DNA of 64,000 nt from Verrucomicrobia subdivision 6 bacterium. Its GTDB lineage: Bacteria > Verrucomicrobiota > Verrucomicrobiia > Methylacidiphilales > Verrucolacustridaceae. The stretch is from assembly GCA_945866245.1 (NCBI GenBank), contig CAMBGW010000001.1:451-64450 (forward strand), written 5' to 3'. The stretch's first letter is position 1. Every line of letters starts with the position of its first letter. Below the pieces are notes generated by a model. That model did no database searches. It saw only the letters and a list, made by a program, of their open reading frames with translations, and was not told where the DNA came from. This document shows positions 1-10,885 of the stretch, one piece after another. The position numbers and the translations under genes were made by a program.

Positions 1-208
1 GGGGGGCACTGACTAGGCCGATGACTTCGTAAGGTTTTTCAGGGCGATCGAGAAGAAGAGTGACGTTGGTCCAAGGACTGGAATCGGAACTGGTACGGCT
101 TGATTTCTTTTGCGAGGTGGAGGTACGGGAGGAGGTTTGGGCAAAGGAGTCCGGCAGGACTAAGGTCAAAGAGAGAAGTAGGGCAATCAGAGAAAGCAGT
201 TTTTTCAT
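1..208 (-). CDS. Secreted hypothetical protein, runs off the left edge
   Basis: Manual translation from ATG at 208: MKKLLSLIALLLSLTLVLPDSFA (signal peptide), S/T-rich linker, then VTLLLDRPEKPYEVIGLVSAP; open to position 1; not in the ORF track. Confidence 0.75.
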   Translation of the reverse strand, partial: MKKLLSLIALLLSLTLVLPDSFAQTSSRTSTSQKKSSRTSSDSSPWTNVTLLLDRPEKPYEVIGLVSAP

Positions 209-291
209 TACTCTTCATTAACAAAAGAGTGGGCGGGAGCAAGAGGGATGAAGGGCTGGTCGTGAACAACTGTTCTGCTAATTCAAAGAGA

Positions 292-2304
292 ATGAGAAGT
301 TCGATGAGCCTTTGCGCTAAAGTAGTTTGGGGAGTGGTGGGGTTGGTGGGGGCGGGTGCGTTGGGGGTAGTGGCGTGGCAGCGGGGAGAGCCGGTGAATG
401 CGCTGTGGTTGGTGGTGGCGACGGGGTGTGTCTATGCGATCGGCTATCGGTTTCACAGTGCGTGGTTGATGGCGAGTGTGCTGGCGATTGAACCGGGTCG
501 AGTGACTCCTGCGGAGAGGAAGGCGGATGGGCGAGATTTTGTGAAGACGAACCGGTGGGTTGTTTTCGGGCACCACTTTGCTGCGATCGCTGGGCCGGGT
601 CCACTGGTGGGGCCTGTTTTAGCGGCGCAGTTTGGCTACCTTCCGGGGGTTTTATGGATTTTAATTGGTGCGGTGATGGGTGGGGCGGTGCATGACAGTA
701 TTATTTTGTGGCTGAGTGTCAGGAGGGGTGGGAAATCGGTTGGACAGATGATGCGGGAGGAGGTGGGGCCGGCGGCAGGGACACTGTGCCTGGTGGGTTT
801 ACTGGGAATTATTACAATTTTGATGGCGGTACTGGCTTTGGTGGTGGTGCGAGCTTTGGCGGAGAGTCCGTGGGGATTGTTTACGATTGTGCTGACGATG
901 CCTTTGGCATTGGGAATGGGGCTAGGGATGCGAGGGGCAGGTGGGGTGAGAACATTTTGGGTGACGGTTTTCGGGGTGTTGGGTTTGGTGGGTTGTGTTT
1001 GGGCGGGTAAATGGGCGGCGGGAGTGCCGATCTTGGCCCAGATGTTTACGTGGGAGGCACCGACGTTGGCTTGGTCGATCATGGGATATGGTCTGACCGC
1101 GAGCATCCTGCCGATCTGGCTGCTCTTGGCCCCGCGAGATTACCTCAGTTCATTTTTAAAAATCGGAACGGTGGCGGTGCTGGGGGTACTGGTGGTGATT
1201 TTAGCGCCGCAGTTGCAGATGCCTGCGCTGACTCGGTTTATTGACGGAAGTGGGCCGGTTTTTGCCGGGCCGATTTTCCCTTTCTGTTTTATTACGATCG
1301 CCTGCGGTGCGGTCAGCGGATTTCACTGTCTGGTGGCGTCGGGGACGACGCCGAAACTATTGGCGAGCGAGGCGGATATTCGATTGGTGGGCTATGGGGC
1401 GATGATTACTGAAATGTGTGTGGGGGTGTTGGCTTTGGTGGCGGCTTGTTCAATGCCAGCGGGAGAATATTTCGCAATCAATCTGCGGGGGGAGCCAGCG
1501 GCGGTCGTGGAGAAGATTTCCGCATTAGGATTTCCCGTGACGGAGCGGGAGATGGAGGATTTGGCCAAGTCGGTCGGAGAAAAGACGATGATTGGCAGGA
1601 CGGGGGGAGCGCCAACCTTTGCGGTGGGCATGGCGAAGATTTTCGCGCGGTCATTGGGGGGTGCGGGGGAGGGAGCGATGGCGCTGTGGTATCACTTTGC
1701 CATTATGTTTGAGGCGCTCTTTATTTTGACGACGATCGATGCGGGGACGCGAATTGGGCGGTTTTTTGTGCAGGAGGTTTTGGGGTGGATTTGGAAGCCG
1801 TTGGGTGAGGTGCGATCCGTTTTGGGAAGTACGTTGGGGAGTCTGCTCTTCGTGGGAGGGTGGGGCTGGTTTTTGTATCAAGGGGTGATGGATCCACAGG
1901 GTGGGATCAATAGCCTTTGGCCTATTTTTGGGGTGGCGAATCAGCTTCTGGCGGTGATGGCCTTGAGTTTGGCTACGACGGTTCTGATTAAGATGGGGAG
2001 GGGGCGGTATGCTTGGGTGACTCTCGTGCCGCTGGCTTGGCTGGTAGTGGTGACCTTTACGGCAGGTTGGATGAAGATTTTCAGTCCTGATCCGCGCTTG
2101 GGTTTTCTGGCGGCATGGGAGCAGGCGGTACAGGCGGGTGAGGGAAAATTGGCCTTGGCCCAAGCTACGAATGTGGGGGTGACGGGATTCTTTCTTCTTT
2201 TAGTCGTCCTGATTGTGGCAGCTTGCGGAAGAATTTGCTGGAGAAGTCTTCGGGGCGAGCTCGTGCCGCCGGTGCGTGAGGAGGGAGAACCGAGAGTGGC
2301 TTAA
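292..2304 (+). CDS. cstA: Carbon starvation protein A family transporter (peptide/pyruvate)
   Basis: [34 protein letters not shown] and ACGAVSGFH motifs; start probably ATG 292 or 304 rather than 100. Confidence 0.95.
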   Translation: MRSSMSLCAKVVWGVVGLVGAGALGVVAWQRGEPVNALWLVVATGCVYAIGYRFHSAWLMASVLAIEPGRVTPAERKADGRDFVKTNRWVVFGHHFAAIAGPGPLVGPVLAAQFGYLPGVLWILIGAVMGGAVHDSIILWLSVRRGGKSVGQMMREEVGPAAGTLCLVGLLGIITILMAVLALVVVRALAESPWGLFTIVLTMPLALGMGLGMRGAGGVRTFWVTVFGVLGLVGCVWAGKWAAGVPILAQMFTWEAPTLAWSIMGYGLTASILPIWLLLAPRDYLSSFLKIGTVAVLGVLVVILAPQLQMPALTRFIDGSGPVFAGPIFPFCFITIACGAVSGFHCLVASGTTPKLLASEADIRLVGYGAMITEMCVGVLALVAACSMPAGEYFAINLRGEPAAVVEKISALGFPVTEREMEDLAKSVGEKTMIGRTGGAPTFAVGMAKIFARSLGGAGEGAMALWYHFAIMFEALFILTTIDAGTRIGRFFVQEVLGWIWKPLGEVRSVLGSTLGSLLFVGGWGWFLYQGVMDPQGGINSLWPIFGVANQLLAVMALSLATTVLIKMGRGRYAWVTLVPLAWLVVVTFTAGWMKIFSPDPRLGFLAAWEQAVQAGEGKLALAQATNVGVTGFFLLLVVLIVAACGRICWRSLRGELVPPVREEGEPRVA

Positions 2305-4385
2305 AAGAAAATCGGGATAATCAAGATCGCCACGATATTGACGACCTTGATCATAGGATTGATGGCAGGGCCAGCGGTGTCTTTGTAGGGATCGCCCACA
2401 GTGTCGCCAGTGACTGCGGCGGCATGGGCGAGTGAACCTTTCCCACCGCAGTTACCTTCCTCGATATATTTTTTGGCATTATCCCAAGCCCCGCCGGAGG
2501 AGGTCATCGCGATAGCAACAAAGAGACCGGTAACGATTGTGCCGACGAGAACACCGCCAAGGACGACGGGTCCCAAGCCAGGAATAGCGGCGACGGCGAC
2601 AACGAAGACAACTGGAAGGAGGGCGGGGATGATCATTTGGCGAAGAGCAGCTTTGGTGACGATATCGACGCAGGTTCCGTAGTCGGGCTTTTCGGTGCCG
2701 AGGAGAATCCCGGGTTTGGCGGCGAGCTGACGGCGAACTTCGCGGACAACGGCGCCGGCGGCGACTCCGACGGCATCCATGGAGCGGGCGGTGAAGACGA
2801 AGGGAAGAAGTCCGCCGATAAAGAGACCGATGATGACTTTGGGTTCAGTGAGGGAGAACTCGAGACTGGGCATGGCTGTACCGAGGGCATGAAAATGAAC
2901 TTTCAGCTCTTGGACGTAGGTTCCAAAGAGGACGAGGGAGGCGAGGCCGGCGGAGGCGATGGCGTAACCTTTGGTAACGGCTTTCATGGTGTTGCCCACG
3001 GCATCGAGCTCGTCGGTACGTTCGCGAATTGATTTTGGCATGCCCGACATGACGGCGATACCGCCGGCGTTATCGGTGATGGGACCAAAGGCATCGAGCG
3101 AGATAACGATGCCAGCCATGGAGAGCATGGCCATGACGGCGATGGCGATTCCGTAGAGGCCTGCGAAGTGGTAGCTGAGGAGGATGGCGATGCCGATGAA
3201 GCCAACGGGGAGAGCGGTGGCGTGGGAACCGATGGCAAGACCGGCGATGATGTTGGTGGCGTGTCCGGTTTCGGACGCTTTGGCGATGTTACGTACGGGA
3301 GAGTAGTGAGTGGAGGTGTAGTAGTTGGTAATGAGGAGAACGACAAAAGTCATCAAGAGGCCCACGAGGGAGGCGAGGTAGATCCCAGTGGTGGAGGCGA
3401 TTTGGCCATCGTGGGAGAGGCCGTTGGGAAAGAAAATATGAGTGAGTGGCCAGAGGGCGGCGGCGGAGGCGAGTGCGCTGAGAAGAACGCCGAGGCTGAG
3501 GAGACGGGTAGGGTTGCCGCGCCCGAAATTCACAGTGAGGATTCCGAGGATGGCGGAGAGAATGGAAACTCCACCGACGATGAAGGGATAACTCAGGGCG
3601 GCAGGCTCGGGCTGGCCGTTTCCACCCAGTACGGTGAGGTAGGCGACAAGGACGCAACCGATCAGACTGACGGCGTAGGTTTCAAAAACATCCGCAGCCA
3701 TTCCGGCGCAGTCGCCAACATTGTCGCCGACGTTATCGGCGATGGTGGCGGGATTGCGGGGGTCATCTTCTTCGAGCTTTGATTCGATTTTGCCCACGAG
3801 GTCGGCTCCCACATCGGCGGCTTTGGTATAGATTCCGCCTCCGAGGCGGGCAAAGACACTGACGAGGGAGGCACCGAGAGCGAGGCCGGTGAGGCTATCG
3901 ATTGCGGCACGGAGCCCGAGGTATTTTGAGGCGATCATGTAAAAGGAGCCGATGGAGAGGAGGGCTAGGGCAACGACGAGAAGACCTGTGACCGCGCCTC
4001 CGTTGAAAGCGTTTCGTAGGGCGGCGGTGCGGCCGATGGTGGCGGCTTGGGCGGTGCGGACATTGGCCATGACGGCGATACGCATTCCGGCGAATCCGGC
4101 GATGAGACTACAGGCAGCCCCGACAAGAAAGCCGATGCCTGTCGGAAGATTTTTGAAGTAGCAGATTGCGGCAAAAAGAAGGAGGGCGATGCCAGAAACG
4201 GCTTGCAGCTGACGATTGAGGTAAGCGGCGGCACCTTCTTGGATCGCGGCGGCGACCTCCCGCATGCGATCGTTGCCATCGGGTTGCCCTTTAATCCAAA
4301 CGATAAGACCCCATGCGGCGGCTAACCCGACTAGACCAGAAAAGAGACTTAAAGGGAGTGCTTGTTCGAGAATAAATGAGGTCAT
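2301..4385 (-). CDS. hppA: Membrane-bound proton-translocating pyrophosphatase, K+-independent type
   Basis: [39 protein letters not shown] and [10 protein letters not shown] motifs. Confidence 0.95.
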   Translation of the reverse strand: MTSFILEQALPLSLFSGLVGLAAAWGLIVWIKGQPDGNDRMREVAAAIQEGAAAYLNRQLQAVSGIALLLFAAICYFKNLPTGIGFLVGAACSLIAGFAGMRIAVMANVRTAQAATIGRTAALRNAFNGGAVTGLLVVALALLSIGSFYMIASKYLGLRAAIDSLTGLALGASLVSVFARLGGGIYTKAADVGADLVGKIESKLEEDDPRNPATIADNVGDNVGDCAGMAADVFETYAVSLIGCVLVAYLTVLGGNGQPEPAALSYPFIVGGVSILSAILGILTVNFGRGNPTRLLSLGVLLSALASAAALWPLTHIFFPNGLSHDGQIASTTGIYLASLVGLLMTFVVLLITNYYTSTHYSPVRNIAKASETGHATNIIAGLAIGSHATALPVGFIGIAILLSYHFAGLYGIAIAVMAMLSMAGIVISLDAFGPITDNAGGIAVMSGMPKSIRERTDELDAVGNTMKAVTKGYAIASAGLASLVLFGTYVQELKVHFHALGTAMPSLEFSLTEPKVIIGLFIGGLLPFVFTARSMDAVGVAAGAVVREVRRQLAAKPGILLGTEKPDYGTCVDIVTKAALRQMIIPALLPVVFVVAVAAIPGLGPVVLGGVLVGTIVTGLFVAIAMTSSGGAWDNAKKYIEEGNCGGKGSLAHAAAVTGDTVGDPYKDTAGPAINPMIKVVNIVAILIIPIFF

Positions 4386-4499
4386 GGTAAGTTGTTGAAA
4401 AGTAGACTTGGGGGTAGGGCGAGCAACGTTTTTCGGGTTGATTTTACGTACTTTTCAGTACTTGTGCGCACTGGACATTTCATCGAGTATATATTTCAC

Positions 4500-4973
4500 A
4501 TGACTAAATATCTGCAAAATGGAGCCATCAGGGGAATGGATCCTCGGGTTCCCGAGCTGGAGAGGATTGCTACCCTTCTCCAGAGGCGATTTTTGATCGA
4601 TCTCTTTCGGCAAACCTCGGCCAAGCGGCTTTCGATACCGCAGTTCACCTTATTAGGTTTTTTGGCGGTGGAGTCGGGGGTTCCGATGGGGGTGTTGGCG
4701 AAGCGAATGGGGCATGCGACATCGGCTACCACGGGATTAGTGGACCGTTTGGAGGGAGTGGGTTTAGTTCGCCGGCAGGCGTTGAAGGGGGATCGCCGAC
4801 AGAAGCTGGTGGAGATCACGGCGAAAGGGAAAGAGCTGATGGGGAGGTTGCAGGGTGAGTTGCGGCAGCATTTAAGTGCAATTTTGGGGCAGTTGGATCT
4901 GGGGGATCAGGATGCCTGGGTACGGATTTATCGGGTGATGGAGAACTACTGTCGTGACCTACCGCGCAATTAA
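4500..4973 (+). CDS. MarR family transcriptional regulator
   Basis: LSIPQF..L, LAKRMG...ATTGLVDRLE..GLV.R..DRR...VEITAKG winged helix; start ATG 4500 or 4536. Confidence 0.9.
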   Translation: MTKYLQNGAIRGMDPRVPELERIATLLQRRFLIDLFRQTSAKRLSIPQFTLLGFLAVESGVPMGVLAKRMGHATSATTGLVDRLEGVGLVRRQALKGDRRQKLVEITAKGKELMGRLQGELRQHLSAILGQLDLGDQDAWVRIYRVMENYCRDLPRN

Positions 4974-6444
4974 GATCTTCATTTTATTAGCTCTGGGAGT
5001 CTGCGGGCTGCAGGCGGAGGAGAAAAAAGAGGAGGTGGAGGTCACTTTGCCTTTGGCGAGTCGGTCGGCCGTTCCTGAATTTTCAAGTAAGAGGCTAGAT
5101 TTAGCACAATGCGTGGCTTTGGCGTTGGAGCAGAACACGGAGATTCGTCAGGCGAAAGAGGAGGTTCACCGAAAAGAGGGAGTCGCGGTGGAGGTCAGGA
5201 GCGCGTTACTGCCGAAAGTCACAGCCACGGGAAACTTTGATTACCAAGCCAAAGAGCTGAATGGTTTGCTGGTCAACTCAGGGTTTATTTCGGCGGATGA
5301 GTTGAACTGGAATGCGGGTATCCGAGTGAGCCAGCTCTTGTTTGACGGAGGGGCGGCGCTTTCGCGAACACGGGCGGCACGTATGTCGGAGAGCCAATCC
5401 ATGCTCCTCCTGCGGGACACGATTGATCGAGTGATTTTAGAGGTGCGAAAAAATGTTTATGCGGTGTTGCTGAATCGCGCCCTGATTGATGTTCAGACGG
5501 AAGCGGTCAACTTAAAGAAAGCGCAGCTGACTTCGCAGCAGAAGCGTTTTCAAGCGGGCACGGTGACGAAATTTAATGTGTTGAGGGCGGATGTGGAGTT
5601 GGCCAACAACATGCCGCAGTTGATCCGAGCGCGAAACAACAAGAGAGTCGCGGAGGTGCAACTGGCAAAAGTGATGGCGTTGGATTACCCGATGGAGTCG
5701 GCAGAGGATTGGACTCCACCGGTTTACGTGGAGGGAGATCTGCCTTACCAACCCGTGAAGGTCGAGTTAACCGCCTCGCTGCAAAATGCGGTGCGGAATC
5801 GAAACGATTTGCGGGCAGTAAAAAAAGAGATCGAAATTCAGGGCAAACTATTTGAAGCAGCAAAAAAAGAGGCCTTTATTCCTAAGATTGTGGGTTCGGG
5901 GGGATATGATGTCATTCAGAATCCTGGAAGCTCCTCGTTTACAGACAGTTTCAATGGGCCTGCGGCATCGATCAATGGGACGTGGACGCTGTTTGACGGG
6001 ATGTTGAGCACGGGTCGATTCATGCAGTTGAAAGCGCAGATTCGAAAAGCGGAGGTGGCGTATGAGGAGAAGCGAAGATTTGTGGAGAGTGATGTGCGGG
6101 ATGCATTTGTGAAGATGGAGGAGGCGCAGCAGTTGGTGACATCGCAGCAGCGAAATGTGGAGCAGTCGCGCGAAAGTCTGCGCCTAGCTGAGGCCAGGTT
6201 TAATGTCGGAGCGGGGATTCAGCTCGATATTATCAATGCCCAGTCGAATCTGACGCAGGCACAGTTCAATGAGCTGCAAGGGAGATTTGATTATAATGTG
6301 GCGGTGGCGCTTTTGGAGAGGGCAACTGCGAGTCCGTTTGGACCGAAAAATCCGCCTGCCCTACCCGCCGAGGCTGGGCTCTCCCCCAAGCCACGAGTGA
6401 ATATGCAGGCATCGACTCGGATGGACCTTCAGCCTGGGCAGTGA
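4954..6444 (+). CDS. TolC family outer membrane efflux protein
   Basis: Signal peptide, two OEP repeats (ALEQN..I, SQLLFDGG, RFQAG; RFNVG, A.F.Y..A...LERATA). Confidence 0.9.
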   Translation: MTYRAIKIFILLALGVCGLQAEEKKEEVEVTLPLASRSAVPEFSSKRLDLAQCVALALEQNTEIRQAKEEVHRKEGVAVEVRSALLPKVTATGNFDYQAKELNGLLVNSGFISADELNWNAGIRVSQLLFDGGAALSRTRAARMSESQSMLLLRDTIDRVILEVRKNVYAVLLNRALIDVQTEAVNLKKAQLTSQQKRFQAGTVTKFNVLRADVELANNMPQLIRARNNKRVAEVQLAKVMALDYPMESAEDWTPPVYVEGDLPYQPVKVELTASLQNAVRNRNDLRAVKKEIEIQGKLFEAAKKEAFIPKIVGSGGYDVIQNPGSSSFTDSFNGPAASINGTWTLFDGMLSTGRFMQLKAQIRKAEVAYEEKRRFVESDVRDAFVKMEEAQQLVTSQQRNVEQSRESLRLAEARFNVGAGIQLDIINAQSNLTQAQFNELQGRFDYNVAVALLERATASPFGPKNPPALPAEAGLSPKPRVNMQASTRMDLQPGQ

Positions 6445-7058
6445 ATTTCCTACGCTTCGCGGAGTTCGACGGGGACGGGCGAGGCTGCCTGCACGGATTT
6501 ACTCTCCGGTCGAATCCACCCATGGGGACGGCAGATATTCCGCAAATTTTGCAAGAAGCGGGTTTGCCTGAAAACTATGTGATGGGGGAGCAGACGCATG
6601 GAGCGGGGGTGGCGGTGGTGGGGTTGGGGGATAGAGGGAGAGTCGTTCCGGGGGTGGACGGGTTGGTGACTATGGAGAAAAATTTATCGCTGGTGATACG
6701 GGTGGCTGATTGTGGGCCGATATGGATTCGGTGCAAGAAGACGGGTGCGATTGGGTTGGTGCATAGTGGAAGGAAGGGAACGGAAGCGGGCGTAGTGCAG
6801 GTTGCGATTCGTAAAATGAGGGATGAGTATGGGGCGGAGGTGAGGGATATGGTGGCGCTTTTGGGGCCTTGTGTGCGACCTCCGCACTATGAGGTGAATT
6901 TTGCGGCGGAGATTATTCGGCAACTCGAGCGGGAGGGGGTGGGTCAGGTTGTGGATAGCGGACTTTGCACGGCGCAGGATATGAAGCGTTTTTATTCGTA
7001 TCGTGCGGAGAAGGGTAAAACGGGCAGGCATTTTGCACTCTTGGCGCGGGGCGATTAG
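6441..7058 (+). CDS. pgeF: YfiH/PgeF family purine nucleoside phosphorylase (laccase-domain protein)
   Basis: QTHG, ADC.P, VHSG.KG and FYSYR motifs. Confidence 0.9.
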   Translation: MNFLRFAEFDGDGRGCLHGFTLRSNPPMGTADIPQILQEAGLPENYVMGEQTHGAGVAVVGLGDRGRVVPGVDGLVTMEKNLSLVIRVADCGPIWIRCKKTGAIGLVHSGRKGTEAGVVQVAIRKMRDEYGAEVRDMVALLGPCVRPPHYEVNFAAEIIRQLEREGVGQVVDSGLCTAQDMKRFYSYRAEKGKTGRHFALLARGD

Positions 7059-7144
7059 TTTTTTACGTTTTTTCGGTGGGGAGGGGGCGGCAGGAGTGTT
7101 TCGTCGCTGGACGAAGTAGGTAAGAGGGAGCCAGCATAGGAAGA

Positions 7145-7573
7145 ATGAAAGTGGATGCCCCAACCCCGTTTGCACGTAAGAAAGATTTGAGCCTACCGCT
7201 TTTTTCGGCTCGGGTGCAGGCGGGGTTTCCTTCTCCGGCGGACGATCACTTAGAGCGGTCGATCGATTTAAATGAGGAGTTGGTGCGGCATCCTGCGGCG
7301 ACCTTCTTTGTGCGAGTGAAGGGGGAGTCGATGATGGATGCGGGAATCCAGAGCGGAGATATTTTGGTGGTGGATCGATCGTTGACGCCGACGGATCGGA
7401 AGATTGTCGTGGCGATGATTGATGGGGAGTTCACGGTCAAGCGGTTCCGGAATCAGGAGGGGAGAATTTTTTTAGAGGCAGCGAATGAACAGTTTCCCGC
7501 GATGGAGATTTCGGGAGATCAGGAGCTGGTGGTTTGGGGAGTGGTTTCGTTTGTCATTCACCCTGCGAGGTAA
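7145..7573 (+). CDS. umuD: DNA polymerase V autoproteolytic subunit
   Basis: VQAGFPSPA cleavage region, GESM (Ser) and TVKR (Lys) dyad. Confidence 0.95.
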   Translation: MKVDAPTPFARKKDLSLPLFSARVQAGFPSPADDHLERSIDLNEELVRHPAATFFVRVKGESMMDAGIQSGDILVVDRSLTPTDRKIVVAMIDGEFTVKRFRNQEGRIFLEAANEQFPAMEISGDQELVVWGVVSFVIHPAR

Positions 7574-7576
7574 GAG

Positions 7577-8887
7577 ATGAAGTCCCGCTTGGCTTTGGTC
7601 GATTGCAATAATTTCTTCTGCTCATGCGAGAGGGTTTTTGATCCATCGCTGATGGGAAAGCCTGTGGTGGTTTTATCGAATAATGATGGGTGTATTATTT
7701 CGCGGAGTGAGGAGTCGAAGGCACTGGGGATTCCGATGGGGGCACCGCTGCATGAGCAGCAGGAGGTGATTCGGAGGAACGGGGTAAAGGTGATGAGTTC
7801 GAACTATACGTTGTACGGGGATATGTCGGCTCGAGTGATGACGATTCTCCGGGAAGCGGCCACGGGGATGGAGGTGTACTCGATCGACGAAGCTTTTTTG
7901 GAGTTACCAGAAAATTTTGGTTTTCAGGAGGCTAGAGCACTGCGGGCGAAAGTTTTGCGTTGGACGGGGATTCCGGTGTGTATCGGAATGGGGGAGACGA
8001 AGATGTTGGCCAAGCTGGCGAATCGTCACGCCAAGAAGAACCGGGAAAAGAGTGGGGGAGTGTTTGAGATGGGGGAGGGAGCGGAGGCGGAGGAGCTGAT
8101 GGCAGGGGTGGCGTGTGATGCGCTGTGGGGAGTGGGGAAGAATCTTTCTCGGCGACTGGCGGGGTTGGGGATTACGACGGTATTGGAGTTTAAGAAGGCG
8201 GATCCAGTTCAGATCAGGAAGAGTCTGGGGGTGGTGGGAGAGCGGATGTTGAGGGAGGTGAACGGGACGAGGTGTTTGCAGTTGGAGGAGATGCCACCGG
8301 ATCGAAAAGGGGTGATGGCGAGTCGATCGTTTGGGGCTCCGCTGGAAAAGTTGGAGGAGTTGGAGGAGGCGCTGGCTCATCATGTCGCGAGGGCGGGTGA
8401 GAAGGTGAGGCGGTTTCATCTTTGGGCGACGCGGGTGGATGTTTTTTTGCAGACCAACCGTTTTCAAAAGGGAGAGCCGCAGTACTGTCCAGGAGCGGGG
8501 GTGAATCTGACTCAGGCGACAAATGGAACAGCGGCGCTGATGGGGATTGCGGCCAAGTTGCTCAAAAAGATTTATCGACCGGGATACAAGTACAAGAAGG
8601 TGGGGGTGATGTTAGGGGGATTGGTGGGGGCGGGGGCGTATCAGCCAGTCTTGGCGTTTGAAGGGGTGAGAGAGGAGCCAAAGGTGGATATTGATAAAAT
8701 CGTGGATGAGATTAACCGGAAGCTTGGGGACAGAAAGAACCCGGTGATTACGCGTGGGAGTATGGGGAACCGAAGGCTGGGGGGTGCGTGGAGAATGAAG
8801 AGCGGGCATCGCTCGCCCGCGTATACGACTTCCTGGAGTCAGTTGCCGGTGGTGGGGTTGGGAAAATCTGGGGCGAAGAGAAGTTAA
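7577..8887 (+). CDS. umuC: Y-family DNA polymerase V subunit
   Basis: ALVDCNNFF, VLSNNDGC, YSIDE, C-terminal WRMK...SPAYTTSW. Confidence 0.95.
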   Translation: MKSRLALVDCNNFFCSCERVFDPSLMGKPVVVLSNNDGCIISRSEESKALGIPMGAPLHEQQEVIRRNGVKVMSSNYTLYGDMSARVMTILREAATGMEVYSIDEAFLELPENFGFQEARALRAKVLRWTGIPVCIGMGETKMLAKLANRHAKKNREKSGGVFEMGEGAEAEELMAGVACDALWGVGKNLSRRLAGLGITTVLEFKKADPVQIRKSLGVVGERMLREVNGTRCLQLEEMPPDRKGVMASRSFGAPLEKLEELEEALAHHVARAGEKVRRFHLWATRVDVFLQTNRFQKGEPQYCPGAGVNLTQATNGTAALMGIAAKLLKKIYRPGYKYKKVGVMLGGLVGAGAYQPVLAFEGVREEPKVDIDKIVDEINRKLGDRKNPVITRGSMGNRRLGGAWRMKSGHRSPAYTTSWSQLPVVGLGKSGAKRS

Positions 8888-10863
8888 TCTTCGGTGGATT
8901 GGGAGGAGAGGTGGAGCCCCTCGGCCATGAGCTGTTCGAGAGTGGCGCTGACGGTGGCGGATTCACGGCTGAGAGTGACGGCGGCTCCGTTGGCTTGGTA
9001 GGTTTCCGGCTTTTCTAGTTCGGCGGTGATTTGGGCGAGGCGATTTTCGAGGGCGAGAATTCGTTGTTCCAGTTCGGCAACTTGGGTGGCGTGCTGTTTT
9101 TTATTTTGGCTTTTTGCCTGACGAGCTTGGGCTTCGGCTCTTTTTTGCTCTTTGCTTTTGCGTGGGGTGGGGGCTTTTTCGGGCGTGGGGGCGTGGGCGG
9201 GAGGTTGGGGGGCGGTGGGCTGGGCGTTGGAGAGCTGCTCGCCTGCGGTCAAAGCGGCGCGTTCGGACGTGGCGCACGATTTATCCAGGTAGTACTGGTA
9301 ATCGCCGGCGTAAGGAGTGAGTCGGCCCGCGCTGATATGAAGAACGGTGGTGGCCATGGCGCGGATGAAGTGAACATCGTGGCTGATAAAGATGAGGGTT
9401 CCCTCGTACTGCCGAAGAGCGGTAATTAAGGCATCGATCGACCCAATATCGAGATGGGTGGTGGGTTCATCCATCAGGAGAAGGTTGGGCGGATCAAGGA
9501 GGAGCTTGACGAGGGCGAGGCGGGATTTTTCTCCTCCGCTCAAGATGCCCACGGTTTTAAAGACGTCATCTCCGCGGAAAAGGAATGAACCAAGGACGGT
9601 GCGCGCGGTCTGCTCGCTGACGGGATTGGGGGAGTGGAGAACCGATTCGAGGACCTGATGGCTCATATTCAGCGTGTCCCCCCGATGTTGGGAGAAGTAG
9701 CCGACGCGGACATTGTGGCCGAGGATTCGTTCTCCTTTTTGAATCGAAAGGGCCCCTCCAAGAAGTTTAAGAAGAGTGGATTTACCTGCTCCGTTGGGGC
9801 CTACAAGGACGGTGCGTTGGCCGCGCTCGGCTTCGAAGTTCAGCCCCCGATATACGGGCAGATCTCCGGACCCGTCGGTATTGGAGTAGGTATGATCCAC
9901 CTCTTTTAGGTTGATGACTCGCAGCCCGCTTCGGACGGGTTGGGGAAAGGTGAATTTAATCGAGCGGGTGGCCGAGACAGGGGCTTCGATCTTTTCCATA
10001 CGATCGATCTGCTTGAGTTTGCTTTGGGCTTGGGAGGCTTTGCTGGCCTTGGCGCGAAAGCGATCGGCGAACTGTTGCAGGGAGGCGATCTCCTTTTGCT
10101 GATTTTTAAAGGCGGCGAGGTGCTGCTCCTCGCGAGCGGCTTTTTCCACAACGTACTTATCGTAGTTGCCGCGATATCGGTGGAGTTTGGATTGGGAAAT
10201 TTCCACGATCGACCCGACAAGCTGGTTGAGGAATTCTCGATCGTGGGAGATCATGAGGATGGCGCCAGGATAGTTACGGAGATATTCCTGAAACCAAACG
10301 AGAGATTCGAGATCGAGATGGTTTGTGGGTTCGTCCAAAAGAAGGAGATCGGGCTCTTGGACGAGAAGGCGGGCAAGGTGGGCTCGCATGATCCAGCCTC
10401 CGCTGAGGGCTTTGGCTTTGCGGTGGAAGTCGGAGTCGCGGAAGGCGAGGCCGCTGAGGATCTGTTTGGCGCGGGGCTCGAGCTGCCAGCCCCCTAGTTC
10501 GGTGAAGGTGTCGATGGCTTCGTGGTACTCGGGGTCTTCGAGAGTGCCGGCGGCTTCATGTCGTTTGATCGCTTGTTGAACGCGCGACATTTCGGGGGAG
10601 GTGGCGCAAGCGAGTTCAAGAATCGTCTCGTCCCCTGCGGGGGCGGACTCCTGAGGAAGAAAGCCGAGGGTGATATTTTTCTCGAGGGCGACGCGACCTT
10701 CGTCGGGGGTGGCTTCGCCTAAGATGAGTGAGAAGAGAGTGGATTTTCCTGCGCCGTTTGGGCCAACGAGGCCGATCCGGTCTTCACGATTAATTTGGAG
10801 TGAAACGTCGCTAAAGAGAGTGCGGCCTGCGAACGATTTACTGATTTGGGAAAGGGTGAGCAT
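8884..10863 (-). CDS. ABC-F family ATP-binding protein
   Basis: Two NBDs (GPNGAGKS, LSGG, DEPT), inter-domain linker, C-terminal coiled coil, no TM segments. Confidence 0.95.
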   Translation of the reverse strand: MLTLSQISKSFAGRTLFSDVSLQINREDRIGLVGPNGAGKSTLFSLILGEATPDEGRVALEKNITLGFLPQESAPAGDETILELACATSPEMSRVQQAIKRHEAAGTLEDPEYHEAIDTFTELGGWQLEPRAKQILSGLAFRDSDFHRKAKALSGGWIMRAHLARLLVQEPDLLLLDEPTNHLDLESLVWFQEYLRNYPGAILMISHDREFLNQLVGSIVEISQSKLHRYRGNYDKYVVEKAAREEQHLAAFKNQQKEIASLQQFADRFRAKASKASQAQSKLKQIDRMEKIEAPVSATRSIKFTFPQPVRSGLRVINLKEVDHTYSNTDGSGDLPVYRGLNFEAERGQRTVLVGPNGAGKSTLLKLLGGALSIQKGERILGHNVRVGYFSQHRGDTLNMSHQVLESVLHSPNPVSEQTARTVLGSFLFRGDDVFKTVGILSGGEKSRLALVKLLLDPPNLLLMDEPTTHLDIGSIDALITALRQYEGTLIFISHDVHFIRAMATTVLHISAGRLTPYAGDYQYYLDKSCATSERAALTAGEQLSNAQPTAPQPPAHAPTPEKAPTPRKSKEQKRAEAQARQAKSQNKKQHATQVAELEQRILALENRLAQITAELEKPETYQANGAAVTLSRESATVSATLEQLMAEGLHLSSQSTED

Positions 10864-10885
10864 GGGGAGCGGATTGGGCGGGTGA

